From positions 1 to 50,515 of the forward strand of contig CDMY01000568.1 of NCBI GenBank assembly GCA_001179505.1: a stretch of 50,515 nt of DNA, given 5' to 3'. The first letter of the stretch is position 1. Each line of letters opens with the position of its first letter. This document shows positions 45,900 through 50,515 of this stretch, piece by piece. Both the position numbers and the translations under genes were made by a program. This DNA is from Vitrella brassicaformis CCMP3155. Taxonomy: Eukaryota; Protista; Chromerida. The notes under the pieces are model-generated. The model was not told where the DNA came from, did no database searches, and saw only the letters and a list, made by a program, of their open reading frames with translations.

Positions 45900-48207
45900 C
45901 GACGATGTGTACAGTTGCCAACATGCACCCTGACTCCACCCTCTCGACACGCCCTGAAGTGTTCGCGTAAGAAACTGAGAGGGGCACGACGACCGACATC
46001 ATCTCATGTGTTCATGGCGGTGATATGGCGTGTGTGTTCGTGCAGCAAGAGCACCTCCATTGGGAGCGAATGGCTGATGTCGAGCAAGCGCGGCAACAAG
46101 GGGGACTCTGACATCATGTCGGTCCTCTCCATCACTCGGCATGTACACGACGTGTACAAGTTGATGGTCCACGACAAGACCTTCGACTCACGCATCGCCA
46201 TGCCAAAACGACTGGAGGTGCTTGTCAAGCAAGACGTAAGCCGGGCGGCCGTACAACACACCCCACACTCAGAGTGGTGCATGTCGTTTCTGATGTCTCC
46301 CTCTCCCTCTCCCTCTGTCGTCTGCAGGGGCTCATTCCCCTTCTCCAAGCCTGCCTGCGCTACTTCCTTCTCCTCACCACGGTGTCCAAGCAGCCCCCCG
46401 ACCCGTCCAACTCAGCCAGCAAGAAGGCCAGACGGACTTCAAACATGTCCACAATCGACGCTATGGAAATGGAGCGGCGAAGGTTGTCCTACAAGACCTC
46501 GTACGCATCGACGATGTTTCCGATGGGCCGGAAGGGCGAGTGGAGCCCGCGGACGCCGAAGCTGAGCGAGGGGGGGAGTGCGATGGATCCCGAGCTGATC
46601 GGAGAGGTGGAGAGGCTGGGGCTGATCGATGAGATGGAGATACTCAGGGAGGGCCTCATGAAGTGAGCGATAGGGGGAGACGGGAGGGGAGGGGTGTGTA
46701 TCATATTCATTGATCAGCGTGTGTTGATATATCGGCAGGTCGTATGCTCTCATGCTGTATGAGAACCACAAGTGGGGCAGCAGCATGGGCAGCGACCAGA
46801 ACTTCTTTGAGAGCTTTGTCTTCCTCCTCTCGCGCATCCTCGAGCTCTCCTTCGACCAGAAGTACCATCCGCTGATACGAGAAGAGACACAGCGGTAATT
46901 AACCCCGGAGAGACACCAATACTCACTTACTCACCATGTCTCCTGCCGTGCCGACAGCCTCTTCCGCACCGACTTCTTCAACCCCTTCAAGCGATCTGAG
47001 GGCACCGGCGGCCGTGGCGGCTCCGCATCTCGCCGCTCATCCCCTGGTGCAGCCGACGATCGCATGTCCGTCACGTCAACCATGTCGGCCTCTCCTCCGC
47101 GCACCATGGATCGGCAATCGTCGATGCGGAAGCCGTTCTACGTGCCTGAGCTGAAGGAGGGCAACGAGACGATCAAGGCCATCGTGCAGGGGATATGGGA
47201 GAGGGCGGCCATGCGGAGACAGAAGGTGAGGGCAGCGGCGGAAGGGTATCCGTGTGGGGTCATGCAGAGGGACCTGCTCGAGGGAAGGTCGCCCCTGCTC
47301 TCCTCAACGCTGCCCACCATACACGAAAAGATGGCGCAGCTTGGTAAGTGAAATGAAACGCGCGGCGGTGTTTCAGTGCTTTTCATGACCATCTCGGTGG
47401 CCGGCTGTCCGTCTACTTCTTCAGAGGCGCGACGGAACCTTTGGTACCACGACGCACAGGGCGGCTTCACACCTCGGCGACACAGAATCGTGTCGTCCTT
47501 GTCGAGCAGGAGCTCCTCTTGCACCGAGCGTGAAACCGCCGTGACAACACGCAGAAGCCGACATGTGATCCAGACTGGCTTGTAAGTTGCAAGGACCACG
47601 ACAATGGAAAGAAGGCCTCATGCTTCATCCGTGTGTCTCGTTTCCGTTTTTTCTTTCTTTTTGTCTCTGCAGCCACATTCCCGTCAAGGAGACGCCTGAG
47701 GGTATGTCTCCTGCTCCCTCCCCTTCTGGCCCTCTCCCAGCTGACAGCAGCATGGAGCCGTCAGGCCCCTCCCCCGACACATCCAAGCCGGCCCATATTT
47801 CATTCAAGGCAATCGACGCGTTGTTCGATGTCGATGAAGACGACGAGGACAGAGACTTTGATCTCTTTCCCTCTCGGGTGCATCTCCCAGTGGGCCGAGC
47901 AGAGAAAGCTGTCGAGTCAGCCGCCTTATCCAAGCGCCCACGGCCAGCCGTGTCGCTCGCTGACGAGTTTCGCCGAGTGAGGGGGCCCAAACTGAGCACC
48001 ACTAGGGCGAGCAAGGCGGCGGTGCTGCTGCCACTGGAGGCGCGTGAGGGGGAGGGACGGTATTTCGATAGGATGGGCTTGCGACACGTATGGGCGCGGC
48101 CGAAGGGTGAGGAGTTTGCTGAGAGATTGGCTTTGGAAAGGCAGAGGGTCAGGCCTGCGTACAGATGGGCGGTTGGGGAATATGGAGGGGCCATGACAGC
48201 CAGATGA
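45900..48207 (+). CDS. PPP1R36-like protein (PP1 regulatory-subunit family); 5' end uncertain
   Basis: Spliced exons give LLQACLRYF...|SYALMLYENHKWGSSMGSDQNFFESFVFLLSRILELSFDQKYHPLIREETQR|LFRTDFFN. This resembles the PPP1R36 motif D..FFESF...EE..RLFRT..FN, recalled from memory and not searched. Confidence 0.55.
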
Positions 48208-48776
48208 CAGATGAGACCGGTTGGTTAACTGGTGCCTTTGCTTTCATCTGTGTGGCTCGCAAATGAAGGACACTGCCATTGGCTTACAGTTGGCTTACAG
48301 ACTCATCACTCTTGCACGCTTCGGTCTGTTGCTTCTGGTGTGAAAAGCAAAAGCTCTGAAGATTGCAGTGTGTGATGGTCTGCGTGGTGTATTTTAGTCG
48401 TTGATCTGTTGCCACCTGGGTATGTGTGCGGGTGCGGCAGGTGGCCGCTATAGGGGGCCCTGTACAGAAGTCCGCAGACACATCATTAGTGCAAGCATTC
48501 TATGCATGAAGTGACTTGCCGTCCACATCCACGCACACTCACCCACACACACTCGCCCACACACATTGGCTTGCGTCTGCCGACAGAGATGCTCTCTCGC
48601 ACAATGCCAACACAACTGTCACACCTTCGCACGACGCACACTGGAGTGTTGAGTAGATACATGAAACGGGCGACGAACTACTGGATGGACACACACAGAC
48701 GTACACAGACTAGACCGAGAGACGATACACGCACAACCAGCCACAGCCAGCCACCGAGCTGGTTCAGACACAGTCG

Positions 48777-50515
48777 CTATGACAACGCGTCTGAAGGGAT
48801 ATGCCTGGACACTCCCTCGTCCTCCAGCAGCAAATCCAGCACCGTGGACATGCTCCCCGTCACTTCGATGTCGGGTATCTTCTGCCCCGCATGCCACGGT
48901 ATGGGGGCGATGGGATTCTTAGGGGTGCCGTCGGCGTTCTTCGCTCCGAACCAGTCGCCGTCAGGAAAGAGGGTGCCGCTGTGGACCTTGTCGTTTCGCC
49001 ACTCACCGTCAAACCACATTACAGGAGTCCAACCATTCCAGAAGGCCTTCCCCTGGCCGTGCCGCTTGCCCCCTTCCCAGCCCCCCGTGTACATCACATC
49101 GCCACCACAGAATCGGAGCTCCCCCTGGCCGTGTGGTTTGCCATCTAGCGTCGGGCCATGGTATCCTAGGCTGTAATAGAAGGAGGCATCCCACTCCATG
49201 CCCGTCGCTTCGCCAGGTCCCTTCTTTTGGCCGTCGACCCACACGCCCTTGTAAGTCACGTGGCCGTTTCTATCGAACTCCTCACCCCGGCCGTGCCTTT
49301 TGCCATGGCTCCACATCCCTTTGAAAACCCGACCCTGAGTGTCGCACTCTTCGCCCTCGCCGTGTCGTTTGTCGTCCGCAAAGTCGCCAATGTAGACCTC
49401 GCCTTCACCGTAGCGCCGCAATCCATACTCGACGCCCTTGCCGTGGTACTTGCCGTCTCTCCAGTCTCCCTCGTAGACCTTCATCACCTGCTGGTCATAC
49501 CGCCCATATTTGATGCCTTTGCCGTGTAATTTGCCGTCTTTCCACTCGCCCTCGTATCGCTTCCACTGGCCGTCCAGCTACCGCAGCAGTCCCGTGCCGT
49601 GGGGCACCTCGGTGCCGCCCACTCTGCGGATGGAGCCGTGGTAGAGGCCGCCGTCGTCCAATATCGTGCGCGCCGCCAGGCTGTGGGCGCTCTCCTGCTC
49701 GCGGGTCCTCAGTTTGGCCTCGGCCGCCTGATTGCCAGACCGACGAGCGGAATTTGGACAGTCGGCGGACTCTTTGGCTTTTGGTGTGTACCTCACAGCG
49801 TGTCTTCCATTCATCCCGCTCTGTCCTGAATGCGTCCCGGTCTTTCTTGTATTCGTCCCTTTGGTTTTGGAGCTCCTCAATCCGCTTGTTGTGCTGCTCT
49901 CGTTCCCTGTCCATCGAACGGCGTTGGTCTGCACACACACACACACACACACACGGCATCGACCTGTGTGTCGTTCTCCGCGCATGTCTAGCCGCCTCTG
50001 ATGTTATTCATCACAGTCCCTGTACCGTTGATCACGTCCCAGAGCTTCTCCCCCGAGATGGTGTCGCTCAAGGCGCCGGTCAGACGTCGCGGCAGCGACA
50101 GGCAAAGTGACGACGAGTCGCGGCTTGCTCGACAGAGATCGGTGCCTGCGGTGAACAGGGGGACAGCTGGGCGCCACCGACAGGCCGACAGCGACGCGCA
50201 GGAACAGACAGGCCTCCGCACCGGTCACTGCATGCCAGACACACACGGCACATGCACACTCCCGTCTGTTCATCGTGTACACACATGACATCTCCTGGCG
50301 TACTTCTGCGCTGATCTTGATCGTGTGGGCTGGATCCTCTCCTCTCTCCAACCACATGACGCACCGAGGCCACTGCCATCTGGTCCGCCTCGGCACGACG
50401 CATACGACGATGTGCGATTCATCGTGTGAGGCTCCCGGCCTCTCCGGCTGAGCACACGGCAGCCACGGACGTTGCATGGAGAAGCAAAAGCGCCCTTTCG
50501 GGGATTGAATTCGCC
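48777..50515 (-). CDS. Coiled-coil + MORN-repeat protein with an in-frame TAG at 49580-49578 (possible pseudogene); probably extends past the window end
   Basis: Repeated Y.G.W..GK.HG.G units (YEGEWKDGKLHGKG, YEGDWRDGKYHGKG, YTGGWEGGKRHGQG). The upstream coiled-coil exon is joined via an intron at about 49791-49730. Confidence 0.8.

Noticed and set aside
42750-46565. ORFs spanning X runs with poly-Pro or poly-Gly
   Set aside because: Artefacts of N gaps and their flanking homopolymers.
49566-49581. 16-nt GT-AG micro-intron removing the MORN stop codon
   Set aside because: It is far shorter than the other introns here, and its removal would shift the MORN frame.

Overview
Intron-rich, GC-rich eukaryotic DNA. 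Introns are full of (CA)n/(GA)n/(CAGA)n/(GGAT)n microsatellites. Style and gene families suggest a chromerid alveolate such as Vitrella brassicaformis (inference). About 12 spliced genes can be assembled by hand, in this order: UBC9; a convergent inverted pair of lineage-specific genes with a C-terminal TLDc-like domain (one copy frameshifted); a hypothetical gene; a signal-peptide Venus-flytrap + Cys-repeat protein with a GPI-like tail; two head-to-head SRA(YDG)-preSET-SET-postSET (plant SUVH-like) paralogs with altered cofactor motifs and SIM-rich tails; a mitochondrial lipoyl-domain/KGD4(MRPS36) fusion with no E2 catalytic domain; MutY with an optional signal-peptide-like extension; a coiled-coil gene; a third divergent SET gene; a PPP1R36-like gene; and a MORN-repeat gene with an in-frame stop. 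There are two 300-N gaps. The strongest novelty candidates are the divergent SRA-SET pair and the lipoyl-KGD4 fusion. All gene models are manual and no database searches were run.
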